DNA from: Leptogorgia sarmentosa
Taxonomy: Eukaryota
Reading direction: 5' to 3'
Assembly: GCA_964658305.1 (NCBI GenBank)
Contig: OZ210884.1
Coordinates: forward strand, 5,828,001-5,892,000
DNA length: 64,000 bases
Shown here piece by piece: positions 37,985 through 51,500 of the stretch. The notes under the pieces were generated by a model. That model had not been told where the DNA came from and did no database searches. It saw only the letters and a program-made list of their open reading frames with translations. Positions within the stretch are counted from its first letter, which is position 1, and each line of letters begins with the position of its first letter. A program made the position numbers and the translations under genes.

Positions 37985-38041
37985 AGTGATGGTGATAGTG
38001 AAGGTGCTGATGATTATGATGATAGTGAAAGTGATTATTGA
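35086..38041 (+). CDS. IMA-6 (subtype C Ig with subtype B-type 3' exons and poly-Asp tail); carries an apparent +1 frameshift, so pseudogene or sequence error
   Basis: Exons 35086-35188, 36014-36347 (334 nt vs 333 nt in IMA-5; extra base in the A6 run at 36339-36344), 36612-36653, 37099-37164, and 37878 or 37881 to 38041 (DDSDSN-D28-ESDGDSEGADDYDDSESDY*). Non-coding exon 1 donor at 34164. Confidence 0.72.
37898..37981 (+). repeat. (GAT)28 coding microsatellite (poly-Asp)
   Basis: 84 nt of perfect GAT repeat inside the terminal exon of IMA-6. Confidence 0.95.
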
Positions 38042-38295
38042 CAAATCCTAGTAAGATTAAAGTGTCAAAAGTGAAGCTCACAAGATGCAAAGTTGTGTTT
38101 TATGTTTTGGTTATTAAAGAATTATCAATAGCTACTAGCGATTATCAAGTCATGTATCCATATCCTAACTTAGCAACAAATTAAAATCGATTTTATCAAA
38201 CGAGTACAGTGCATGGTTACAATGGGAAATATTTTTACGTCTTTCACACCTAGAAAACGTCCTTCAAGCCATTTCGTTTAGCCATGACCATTTAA

Positions 38296-39638
38296 ACTTT
38301 ACCTACACAAACAGGTAGGTTTTTGACAATTGGGTTCTCCGAAATTCAAACGTCATAAACAAATTACTCTCCTCCCGACAAGAAGTTTTCAAAAATCTTA
38401 AGCCTGGTTTACAGTGCAGTGATTTTTGCCTGTACCTGGCCTCGACCATAACCTGGCGAAAATGACGAGAACCATTTACATACTCTGCTCAAATCTCGCA
38501 GCACGAATATGGATTTCCCTATTCATTTAATTATACTGAAATTAATACTCTGACTATAACTGAAAATTTGAAATTGAAAAAAGATGCCTTCGAAATAACA
38601 TTAAAATTTTTGACATCATTAAGTAAAGTCCTATGTCCCTATGTTTCTTGAACAAAATTTTGATTTTGAACAAAATGGTTTTCTCTGAGTTTAACTTCAA
38701 TTGCAGAAGTAGCGCTGATTACACGAATTACGGGGTAATTTGGTAAAATTCAACAAACGGTAAGGTCGACTAAAGTTGTTTTCAACTGTCTTCAATTTCA
38801 GTTACTTCAACAACTAAACAAGTTATCCCTCCAATAACCACGACAGCACCAACAACTACAGTTATTCCTCCAATAACCACGACATCACCAACAACTAAAA
38901 AGAAAGGTAAGCATGCAACAACGTATACACTATTCATCAACATGCAGCGTTAAGTACACGTCTATATATCAGTTAAACAAGAATCACTTATTAGACTGCG
39001 AGCTCAATTCAACATTTCTTTGAGGTTATAGATGGTACGAATATATAGTGATGACCGTGAAGCTAAGCCCAATTATCACACCGTAGAAATTTAGGGCAAG
39101 CGAGCTACTGATAGCGAACAACAAGGACGCATTTTTTTTTGGTCAGTGACACGACATATAATTCAAGCAGCCAACAAAGTTTGCCCGTTTTCTAGGAATT
39201 AGCGAAATTGACGCGGGTGCGAACGCATACAGCCAGGAAACAAATGTATAACCGCGTTTAGGCTGTAGTGAGTTTTTTCGCGGACCAGGCTTGGACCATA
39301 CATAGCGAAAATATGTGAACCGTTTACGCTAGGTCAACTGGCTTAGCTCTGCTCAAATCTGGTTCTGGGCCCTTATTCTTGTTTAGTGAATTAAATTCTA
39401 TTAATTTATGCGATATTCTAGCAAATTCATAATATTTATTCCAAATATTTGCTTCGAAATATTTGGTATATTTGCTTACTGTTCAAAGCTGGCCGATTAT
39501 ATCTATATACCATGTACCAATACGTTGAAAATTCTTTATTGAATAGATGATGATGATGATGATGATAGTGATGGGAGTGAAGATTATAGTGATAGGAGTG
39601 AAGATTATAGTGATGATGATGATGATTATGATTGGTGA
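38296..39638 (+). pseudogene. Orphan duplicated 3' module of IMA-6 (partial Thr exon, expanded Thr exon, alternative acidic exon)
   Basis: 38296-39890 repeats ~36636-38292. It contains a truncated exon end (38296-38314), exon 38802-38906 with an internal 39-nt duplication, and acidic exon 39547-39638 (DDDDDDDSDGSEDYSDRSEDYSDDDDDYDW*). It has no signal or Ig exon of its own. Confidence 0.75.
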
Positions 39639-42600
39639 TTATTGACAAATACGAAGATTAAAGTGTCAAAAATGAAGCTCACAAGATGCAAAGTTGTGTT
39701 TTATGTTTTGGTTAATAAAGAATTATCAGTACTAGCGATTATCAAGTTATGTATCCATATCATAACTTAGCAACAAATTAAAATCGATTTTATCAAACGA
39801 GTACAGTGGCTACAAATTAAAGGGAAATATTTTTACGTCTTTCACACCTAGAAAACGTCCATCAACCCATTTCGTTTGGCCATGACCATTGGAAGACTGA
39901 TGTTGACTCAAAAATCTAGTCGGCGAATCCTATAGAGGTCCTAATCTCAATTCAATTTTCTTTGACTAATTAAAATAATGAAACCACCGTATTTTCCCTC
40001 CCAATACCTTTCAGCTCCTTTCATCCAAAAACTCCCTCACAGATGTACCTTTAATTCAGAAACGTGAACTTACTTTTCAGTTTTTGAAACTCATTTTCAC
40101 AGCAATTGAAAAGAGATATCGCGTCCTGTACGAATCGTTTCCGATCTGCGTGGGCCATTTACTCGTAAAAATTAATTAAGTTGCATGAAAAATGCGGATG
40201 GAGGAACACGAAAACTGAACTAAATTTAGCCAATAATAATCCGCTTTCCTTTGTGGTGTTAAACCATTCTCAATAACTGGCTTTGCGATAACAGGAGCAG
40301 TTTTCTTCAACTACTTTCTATCACGAGTGCCACACGTATCTAATCGATGTCTAATACGTATATATACATACTTATTTTTAACTTCGTTTACTCTTTTTAA
40401 CGCTTTGTACAAATGACAATGCATATATGGGGGTGTGTAGCTAAGTTTAACTTGTTAGACTTCTTATAATAATTAAACTTCTTAGTCACCCAAATAAAGA
40501 AACCAAGAGTTTTGTTCGTATTTTTAATGAGTTAAAAATTAAATTAATATTAGTATGTCCTGGTCGTAACAATCAAAATAATTGGTTAATGGGAATTTCA
40601 AAGTATCAGAGCACAAATTAATTTAATCAGGTCTTAGTTTTATTTGAATAAAAACAATCAAATATAATTATTATCTTAAGTTTATAATTAGGATACCCTT
40701 CAGATCATAATATATACAGCAGTGACTTTTATCAATGCAAAAATTATATACTGCATACTGTCTAAAACGATGTGAATGTCAGCAATCAACACATACTTTT
40801 ATCAAAATTCAGGCTCGTATTCTAAATATGTTTCTTGTCTGATCCCCTGATCGTATTTGTGATCGGCGACAATGCATTTTTCAATCGTTCACTCAAACTA
40901 CAAACCTCAAATTTCATTCTTGAATAGCCTGCTGGGAGTCGTAAAATCTATTGTTTCATGCAGTGCTCATATACTTTACCTCTGAAAGTTTTGCTTAATT
41001 CAAACAATTGCAACTGTTGGCAATTAAACATGTCCAATTCTTAATGGTTAAAAATTTCTGAATAGTTTCTATATTTTAGTATTCCTTAGCAACTTGTGAT
41101 ATTCAATAAGCCGAAGTATTTTCTGATGAATCTGCCATCAGCAATTCTCACAATGCCTTGCCATTATTCTGAGGTTTTATCCCCGAAACAAATGTGTGCA
41201 TGGCAGAGAGCAAATTAATCCCTACGTTTACTATACATTTCACTCTCAGTAAACTTTGGTTTTGTAAAGTCTGGACTGCGTAATATGGGGTCTTTAGTTT
41301 TCAGCGTGAAATCGATTCGGTGAGGCAAAACAATGTCAACAGAACCATAATATAATTAATCCAATATACAATGTTATACAATTAATTATACTAATTTACC
41401 CATACATGACAATAAACAATAGCATATTCCTCCCACCCAATATGTTTGATCTTGTTCAAAACGATTACGTGGCTGGTGAATTTTTGATCGGTTCCAGAAT
41501 TTTTTTTAGAATACCTTTTTTTTCAACATAATTTACTGTATATTATACCAATTACCAAACATTCATGTCATATTGAACATGTCTAGGGTATAAAGATAAT
41601 GGTTATATCCATTTTTTAAGATTAAAATTATTGATGCCTTGAACATGAATACGTACCCTATTATAAATTGAGCTGATTCGAGATGATTCTGATCAAATCT
41701 TCCTCAGTGAACAAAGACTTTGTTTTTCAAGTGCTCTAGAAAGTTGTAATCTACAAAAAGACGTTCCTTGCCCCTCAATACGGTATTGCGTCAAGAAAAC
41801 TTAATACTGCTTCTACAGTTGTAAGTGCCTAAGGACGGTATCATAGCATGTTTAAATCAATTTTATCCCCAATAAAGGACCCTCAGTGATAACAATTCCG
41901 GTATGAAAGTGATTAAATATTTTGGTTTTGTAATCTTTATGCGTGCGAGTTCTCTTTGTCACGCTTCTTTATCAATAAATCACGCTTTATTTCTTTCATC
42001 GCATGCAAAAATTTCTATATATATAAGCTTGCATTTCAAACACATTTTTAAACAACATGCAGTAAGGGAATAACAGCACACACTGAAGATATATAACGGG
42101 TCCCAATAATTCGAAAATATACTTGTTCAAAATCAACCAAAGAGACAGAACAACAATTATTTCAGTAAGTATATACAAGGTGTCGCAAAAACGGCTAATC
42201 TTTGAAATCTAAATCAGTCATATTGTATTGAATTGGAATAATTTTGCGAGCCTTAAAAGAAAACATTTTCAGGTTATGGGACATTTCTTTTGTAAATAAA
42301 GCAGGTTTTTGTGACATGCATTTCATCAACTCTACGCAGTTGAAAACAATCGGATCACTATAGTTATGACTAATAGAATTTCAAACACTATAGCCTTGTG
42401 TTTTTTTTCTCCAGTCGCGACCGATATACATACTTGCGTCAACTGCGAGAGTTAAAAAAAACAGAGGTCAAAATCCGGATATATCGACACAGAGGCGAGT
42501 ATTTTATGATGGCATGTTTGCACCAGTCTATCCAAAAGATTGTTGGAAAAGATCTGCGCATTACGCCAAATATGTATCTATTATTTTTCATTCACATATC

Positions 42601-44457
42601 ATTTTGTAATTAAAATTGTCGTTTATATTTTGAAATAATCCGAACCGAGCTCGAATATGAGGTATAGGATGGATATGAAGTATATGTTTGTTTTACTATA
42701 TATTTCATGAGTAAATCTAATTTTAAAAAATTGTGCCAGAGGTGCTTTCTTTTTGAATATACTTTACCATGATGTTCTCCAAACTCTTACATCATTCTCC
42801 ACCTCACGTTGAATAGAAACAATGCAGAGTTCTATATATAGATCAGTGACTACGCTCAGAGAGCCTGCGGGCATGATTGTTGGAAGCATCTAGATAATTA
42901 TTATTCCTGTGGGTCCAACAATACGACCAATCAGGCTCTGCAGGCATGCAGTGATTTTCAAAAGACAATTCATTCTATTTACAAAAGTTCATCTAGCATC
43001 AACTGTATTTCAGAAGAAAATCCTTCAGAGGTCGTTTAGTGACACGGGAAAGTGGCTGGGATTATCTTAAAACAATTTATAAAAAGAAATCCCAGTACTG
43101 GAATATCGAATACACAGTCAATATTTAACTAAACATGCTATAACTATGCATGGTCAGGCATTTGTAAATTTTTAACTGTAGTAACATGCTTCGTCCACTT
43201 GGCTCTCGGTTTGAAAAATTTCAAAAGATTAAATTAAAGATTAAAAAATTAAATGAAATATTTCCCACATAAAACTAGACACACTTGGTATTGCGCACAT
43301 GCAATGCTATTTTAAAATTAATCATACAATACATTATAGTTATGTAATCATATCTGCATTGACGCGCGCATTCGTGGGTTCAACATAGTGCAAGGACATT
43401 CAAGTTCAAGCAATGTTATTTCAATACTTTTGCATTTTTTAAAAACACCCTGTAGTGAAATTAATTTAATAATTACATATACAGGGTGAGACAAAAAAAC
43501 AGATTTATCTTTAGTATTATTCAAATTAGCGGCATAGCGGCTCTAAACTAAAATCTAATCCCCTTATAATCCTCTACACTTGTAGAAATATGAAAATATG
43601 ATTGATTGCGCATTTCTTGTTATGCACCGTTGTTCATTTAATAGGCACATCCAGAGATGAAAAAATGTGATCGCGGAGTCAGTCATTATGTACATTGTGA
43701 AATACATTTCGAAACTAGTAGACGCGGTCTGACCCGAGGCTAAATTGCTAGCCCCTTCCCCAATTTTTTTTAGTTTTGAATTTGATTGACTTATTAACGA
43801 ATCAACTGGGTAAAATAATAAATAAGGTGTCAATTTCTATAAAATGGTGTATTTAATTGTGCTCGTACGTTTCTGATTTTTAAATGTTCAATTAATTTTC
43901 TCACTCGGCTCCAACTATGGTTGATGCGTTTCGTGTGATTCGCCCTTCTCACCGAGCAATGTTGAGGACGCTCGTATATGTCCCTGGGTTAGTACACTGA
44001 AAAACTCCAGATTTCATTTTAATTAAACAAAAAATAAATATATTCACGATAGTATCATGAAGCTAGGCACCTTCAAGAAATATAAAAAGGTTCATTGGGG
44101 CATCATGACCACGACGATCGAGACATTATGGCTGCAATGATGTAGATAACAATCAAATTAACATACTGTATTACAATGGCTTCTCGTGTTAAGCTAAAAT
44201 TACATTATAATGCAAGATCATTGGGATTTAAGTACGGACGTGCAGGTATTTCGTAATTTTGATAATTAGCCTATAAATAAACAATTACACATTTCTAAGT
44301 CAAGAGGGGGAGTTTTTGTTCAATTTATAGAAAAATATGTGAGCATAATAACCGCAATAGTGTTGATACCTAACAATTTACTTCTTGCATGGAACTGAGT
44401 GGATATGCAGCTATACCCATATTCAGGTACAGCTTTGTGCGTACCTCCATTCATGTA

Positions 44458-45037
44458 CAGGGTGTATGAAAAAAATGAACCAGCTCAAATTCAGATTAGC
44501 TGTAATGTGTGTAATATTTTGACATAGGCTATTTGCTTTGAATTAATGTTGGGCAAGTGTCAAAATGTGTTTTAAATTTATCTGAGCACGAATTATCGTA
44601 AATGCGCCGCACTTTGGATTTATAAAAATTAATAAGCCCATCGGTTAAAGGGCGTTTTTAACAACAGGGATGTCAAGATGACGATGATGTGAAGGGCATT
44701 GATACTCATTCTAAACAGTTTTTGTTAATTCGATAGGTTTCTGAGCAATAATTTTTTTGGGGTGAACCCATAATATAAAGTATTTAAATAAGCGCCGCAC
44801 TCAGGAGGAGCTAATTTATTAAGCGCCCCGACGCCAAACGAGCATTTACGGTTCATGAAGAGCAAATTGTCGTAAATACGTTTGAGGCACCTTCTACGTA
44901 CATATGAGTCTCAAGAACTTGTGAGTTGAATTTTAATGCACGCATATCAATTTGAACGGGGGTTGGCTGTGTCAAAACACTACAATACGTTACAGCTAAT
45001 TTGAATTTGAAAGGGTTCACTTTTTTGATACACCCTG
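44458..45037. mobile_element. Tc1/mariner-type MITE
   Basis: Imperfect ~70-bp TIRs starting cagggtgtatgaaaaaaatgaac / gttcacttttttgatacaccctg, with TA on both sides. Confidence 0.85.
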
Positions 45038-45598
45038 TATAATACATGAAGTAAACTAGTAATTGATTTCGAGTTTTTTATCAAGGTATTTCCGATCATC
45101 CACTAAATCGACTGGTGAACTAATCTAACGGGACGTTCATACACAGCGAATTGTCCGTGCGAGTCTTAAATAATTAGTAAACATCTTTGAGCATTTGAAA
45201 AACTTGTGTGGGAGAAGAGCCTTTGACAATCTTATGACGGAAGACAAATCGTTGAATCGTGAAAAAAATTTTTCGCCCAAAAGAGTTTTCGCCCAAATGT
45301 TGTGCCGCAAACGTGAGTATTCACGAAAGATTAATTACATACAGCCAGGAAGTTGGCCTAACGTATACTCTGCGTTAATGTATTTTAAAAGACGTTTGTC
45401 TGCTATGAAAGTGCTCAATTTTAATTTACGCAATCGCAAGTGTTATCGCATCGTGATCGCAAAATAATGTATATTTAAATCACAAAGTCGCTGCGTGGTC
45501 TCCATACTCCACACTATAGTAGGCGTAGCCAAACAGGGTTTTTTGAATAACAAATTTAAATTTTCGTCACGATTCAATTAGCCACGTCAATGAGAAAC

Positions 45599-45669
45599 TA
45601 TAAGAGATCATAATCAACTGGAATTCTTCATTTCAAGCAAGCCATCTGTGGTGAAAGACGGTCTTCCAG
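45599..45669 (+). promoter_or_regulatory. Putative TATA element and non-coding first exon of the tectonin-peroxidase gene
   Basis: TATAAG at ~45599 is followed ~70 nt later by a consensus donor CAG|GTAAGT (45669/45670). The ATG exon is preceded by an acceptor (tgtag, 48530), so an upstream exon is expected. Confidence 0.45.
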
Positions 45670-48572
45670 GTAAGTGATACTGTGTAAAGTTGCTGTTCAT
45701 TAAACAATGTTTAAAACACTATGCAGATCATACAGAAGGATAAATGAATGTCCATTGAAAATGTTGCAGTCCATGATTATTAAAGTGTTATAGGTTAACC
45801 AAATCAGTCTAAATGGAAAGGTTTAAAATTGAGAGACGATGATTTCGGTTCGAAACGTTAAAAAGAAAAGTCCGATTCATGTGGAGAAGATTTCTGACAG
45901 TTTCTAGCTCATATGCTATAAGATTAACTAACTCTTGTAGAAAAATTTATTTAAATTCCAGGTTAAGCTACACTAATTAAGCTTATTAATCTGCTTTTAT
46001 TGACACTGGCTCTTTGGTTTATACTGTTATCTACAACATCAGATGAAACTTGCTCAATATGCAGCTCAAGAAGCGAGCGAAGGAAACTGATATAAAAAAT
46101 TTTACTTATTATAGGTGCATGCATGCATGCAGCGACACAGGCAGAACGACATTTGATCATGCAAATGCAATTTAAATCATTATTGTTATTCATATCTTTA
46201 GAAATTGATTCCTTAACGGTCTATAAACACAGATAATCCGTCTTTGTTGCATAAAAATTAGCCAATGGAAACTATTTCAAACGCGACACGACATGAAAAA
46301 TATCTGCTGAACAAGATATAGCTATATATTTTAAAAAGTTTCCTTTTTATGTTAATGAACTTTCTGCATAGTGATTTGAATAAAAGCTTTAAAACGAAAT
46401 TTTCCCAGCAAAAAAAAATCTCAGTTCCCATTTTATCCCTACGCTAACCCTCATGTGATGTTATTTTTAAAGTAGCGTGGGCATTGGGTGGGCTTAAGGC
46501 GAAGGGCAAAATTTATCTGTCATGATCTTAATTGTTCGCCTCGAACAATTTAGAAATATTTTGCATGCACGTTCTGATTAATATTCAAAAATGCAGTATA
46601 TTCAAAAATGACGATATAATTACCTCAAATCACTCGATGGCTTTTTCTTTGTATTTAGTATATTGAGCATGGTTCGGGTTTCGGCATCTTTCTCAACATA
46701 AAATCTGCAATGCCAAGTTACCAATCCCTGATTTTCACCTCACAACAAAATACTGTACCGCCTGCGCTATTACTGCTACTTGCATGTCGGGCATATCCTC
46801 GTGCCTAATAAGTCACGCATTTTTAATGCCAATTCTCAATAAACAACCAATTTTGCTTTATAAATATATTAAATTTAAATTAACTGTGGTCTTTAGTGTG
46901 ATCATCTACATAGAAAGCAGTAAATTTTCGTGAATGCTTTTGAAATACATGCAATGCATGTTATTCTAAAGCTTGATAAAGTGGGCGTACTGGGCGGAGC
47001 TTTTGTCAATATAACAGCACAAAAACATGCACTTTTCTTAATTATTCGCACAGAACAATTTAGAAATATTTGTATGCTCATTCAAACATCATGCAGGCAT
47101 ACGATATTCATATATTCAACTAAAATCTTTTCATTGGTATTCATTACACTGGCTTTCAAAATTTGGCTATTTTAAGTTACATAAAGGCACATCTGCCTGC
47201 AAATTTATGAAAGCCAGTACATATCTGTGAATTTTTAAGGAAAACTATAGCATGCTGTGCTAATATTTGCTAGTTAACCATTAGCAAATACTCTTGTTCA
47301 TAAATGTTAAAGCTACTGCTACTCCTGCTTGCGCGAGGGCTTTTAGCTGTTTTGGGCACTTTTTCACATGTGTTTGTGGCAATCGCCTTCTCGTAATTTG
47401 CTATATAGCTATACATGCAGTACTTTAGTTCCCCTGAAGCACTTTATAGCCGGAAAATTTGAAATTGTTATCTCATAAGATGCAGGAAATCACAAATCTT
47501 ATCAGCGTACATGTTTTGAAAGAGTCTTTGACGGTCAATATTTATTATCTCAATGGGTACTAAACTTAAGAGTACGTATGCAATGCAGGGGTCAAGGATG
47601 AGCATGGTGTCAAGTGTAAGCAGCACTTAAAATTATAAAATAAGATGAATCTAATGAACTATCTAAAGTAAGCTGGAACTAGCCAACAATTTACGAATAT
47701 ACAATATAAAAGAAAATAATAAAACAACAAATGGGTTAAAAAAACTATTTAGACGCAAATTTCTCTCTGACACTTCATGAAGGAGTTTCATAACACCAAC
47801 AAAAATTTTAAAAGAGCCCTTTTATGTCTTTCATGTAGTCCGCCTTTTAAGATTACTAAACGCGTGGGCTGGGTATTTGTATAATGTATCTGTAGGTATG
47901 AAGACATGTATCTATATGCGGAGAGTATACGCCGATTAATGTCACTGAAATGTCTGCAACTGTACAAAAAAACTAAGCTTGTTGAATATACAATTTTAAT
48001 TCATGCGAAAACACTGGTCCGCTAGCCGTCTTCTATGATAAGCCGAGATGAAAAGCAATTTTAAAATTAAAACAATTAAAGCAAACCAGAATGAACATTT
48101 GCAATATTAATTGATTCAGAATGACTTCAATGTCAACACTGAAGTGTACAAGTCTATATGATATTCATGAACCTGCAAGTTTAAAAAGAAGATTTGAGTA
48201 GTTTAGGTCGAGAAATGGATTTCTAGCTCACAACTATAGGGCCAGTACTTTTCCGTCTTTCAGAACGCAGAATATCTATTTTGAACTTAGCTAGTATAAT
48301 TCTCTGTATATTAATTGAATTTTTAATTATACCGACACAAAAGGACAACATTATTACCTTGGTCAATTTATTCAATTACGTAAAACTTCAAATACGTTGC
48401 GACAAAATAAATCGCGACTAATGCAAAACTCCACTCTTGATTGCACCTAATAATGACAATGTCATATGGTTATTACTTGTATTAAGCCAGCACACGCGGT
48501 AACTTATGCTCCTGTGTATTATATGTGTAGGTTTGTGAACTATTGAACGTTTAAAGTTTGGTATCATTCAAG

Positions 48573-51500
48573 ATGAAGTTCTTATTTGTGTTATGCTTAA
48601 TAATTGTGGCTGTTCTTGGCATTGAAGGTAACCTAAACTAATTTTAATATTGCTTATACAGCTCTAATGTTCTCGTAGAAAAATGAGCAAATTATAATAA
48701 GTTAATTCAGTTGCCATTCTTACCCAGTGCCAGACATGATCCAAATCTTGTTTCTTCAGTTCTTTTTCAGTTCAAGTGATAAATTTCAGCATTCAAGGAT
48801 ATTTATAAGTGTTTACTCATTCATATGCCTGTTTTATCACCAAATTGTTTGCAATGGCATCACGCGCGCAATAAACTCACTCTAAATCGACCACCCATTC
48901 CACCCAATAATTGCCTGATAAGGTCCTGAAGGAATGAAATGTGAAGTAGGATTTCATTACTCTTGAATTGACTGAAGAAATAGACGCGGATTTATCAGCA
49001 AAAAAGGATGGAATAAAAAATGCAATGGCTTCATGATTTGAGCGGAACAGCCGCCGCACAGGACAATCTTTGAAAGATACGATTTGGCTGGGAATTGAGA
49101 ATAGGACAACTTCTCTACCGCCCCAGTCCCCTTCACCTTCTCATAGGATTGTCGAAATAGGCTGATTTAGATAAAAATTAGCTACAACCGAACATCGGAA
49201 CGTTTAAAAAAATGCATCGATATATTTGTTGCTTATACAATTATTGACAAAATACATTCGGGCACTGAATTGGTTCTGTAAACCATACGCCTTTCAAAAT
49301 TAAACATCATGAATAGCTCTATACCCCCTTCCCCCCTCACCAATGTTGTTATAGGACATGTAGAAAACATTCGGCTTTTTATACCGAATACTGATACAAT
49401 ACAACATTGCATTGGGGGATGGGGGTTGAGGATAGGAAATAACCTAAAAATGAATCGTGCACTATTGTGCACTAAAATTTTGTCTTCATACATTTAATTG
49501 TTGGAAAATATCTCCAATCTCTTTCTTCGACGTTTTAATTAAAACAAACAAGCTAAAAATGTCATGTTGGATAAGCGATGCTTATTCTAAAAATTCGTAT
49601 ACTGAAAAAGGCTTCATCGCTTTAGGACAAACTTCCACATGGTCTCGGGTTCCCGGAAAACTGGTGCAGCTTGATGTGACTCGTGCAGATGTAGTTTACG
49701 GCGTAAATAGGCATCGTTTAATTTATGTTGGATACGATGCACGTGCTCAACATCCTTGGCAGCGACTTCCAGGAACATTGAAACATGTGTCAGCTGGTTA
49801 TGCTGGATTATGGGGAGTAAACATACATGATAGGATCTATTATCGTACCGGAGTATCGTCACAGAATTTAGCTGGAACTGGATGGAGAGGAATAGATGGT
49901 GAGGATAATAATCTATTCATTATTTCGAAATATTAATGTCTTGTGACATGAAAGATGTTCATGCTTATATGCATGAAACAAGTTACTATAGATTTGGGAA
50001 AAATAGCATATGTTTGTCTAATTTGAAAATTGTTAAACAGTTAAACATCTAATATATCATTTAAACATCATCTAGAAATACCACGCATGCAATAATTTTA
50101 TTCCTGACAAATAATATGATGTCAATTTGGATATAAATTCCTCAAACTTGATAACTTGATTTTAACGGAAAAAAAACCAAAATCATTAATTAAATCATGC
50201 ATTGACCAAAATTATTAATGTTTAGTCGGTACTTTGAAATCGGAGAAAAAATATGGATAATATTAAGTTAGGTTTTAAGTTTTCAATTGGTAGGAAAATA
50301 AAACATTCAAAACGTATCATATTTTAGGTTTCTTTTCCGAGTTTCTAAGTCAGTTAATTAAATACTCGAATTCAGACTTTGTTGGTTTCAAAGTGTTTGT
50401 GCGTTAAAAAGCCACACCTTCGCATGTCAAAAAGCATGCACATGGACAATGAATTTTCATAAAGTCCTCCGTCTCTGAACTACTACAACCATAGCAATGG
50501 CACGCAATAATTTTTTGAAACAGAGAACTGATCAGATGTAAAATTTCCGTCTAACATTCTTAAGGCTGCTTTCCAGTTAGGCGTTTTCACACGTACCTGT
50601 ACGCACAAAAAGTGTAAATCTCTCTATATTTCATTTTATTAATAAAATACCTTCATAAACACATACTACATCATTCAAAATATGACATGCTTTACATTTA
50701 TTGATTTATTGATGTGATTGTATAGAAACTAAGGTTAAAATCAAATTCAATTTCTACGTGCGTACACTTAGGTATAGCTAAAAACCGTATAACTGGGAAG
50801 CAGCCTTTAAGCCCCGTTTTCCACTCCACTATTCCGCAGTTTCCGGCGAAAAAAAATGACAAAGAAATCAGTTTTAATTTTTACATCGATTTGCCACTAA
50901 AGAAATTTGTTCCAATTTTCTAGTTGTTGAAAATGTTTAACTTTTGTCAGCGTTTTCACTGATGGCGTGAAAGAACAAAGAATTAAATTTTTAAGCGGCG
51001 AAAAATGTTCTATTTTTCGCCACTCTATTATATTTGTATAGGTCTTCTCAAGCAGATCGATTCTGGGCCGCGAGGGATTGTCTATGGCGTCAACAGAAAT
51101 GATCAAATATATTGCAGGAAAGGCATAACCGACTCTCAACCATGGGGAGTTGTATGGCAACGCGTTCCTGGGGAACTTAAATATGTCAGCTGTGGGAATT
51201 TGGGATGTTGGGGGGTGAACAAGAATGACCAAATTTGGTTCCGGCATGGTGTGACTAGTAGCAATTGTGATGGAACAACTTGGGCGAATATTCCTGGAAG
51301 CCTAAAACAGATTGAAGTGAGTTTTTTTTTATTTATGACAAGCATACGTTTGTAAACTATCAAAAGAAATGTGGATAATCTTGGCAATAGGATATGTTTG
51401 GATTTAGTCGCTCAGCATCAGCCTAATTTCTTGTTCGTTGTTTCTGCATAAGAAGTCAGGTAAATAGCTACAGGCGATTCCGGCAACTGAAAACAAAAAT

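Noticed and set aside
7850..38041. Calling the IMA genes Alr allorecognition receptors, TIM or SCPP orthologs
   Set aside because: There is no TM or cytoplasmic tail (unlike Alr and TIM), and the introns are phase 1 with an Ig exon (SCPP introns are phase 0). The resemblance is an analogy only.
37781..38090. Minus-strand poly-Ile and poly-His ORFs (also 39436-39648)
   Set aside because: They are antisense readings of the GAT-rich acidic exons.
42176..43500. Tc1-like ends (caaggtgtc, caccctgta, tacagggtg) as one complete element
   Set aside because: The ends match only over a few bases and there is no transposase ORF; pairing is unresolved.
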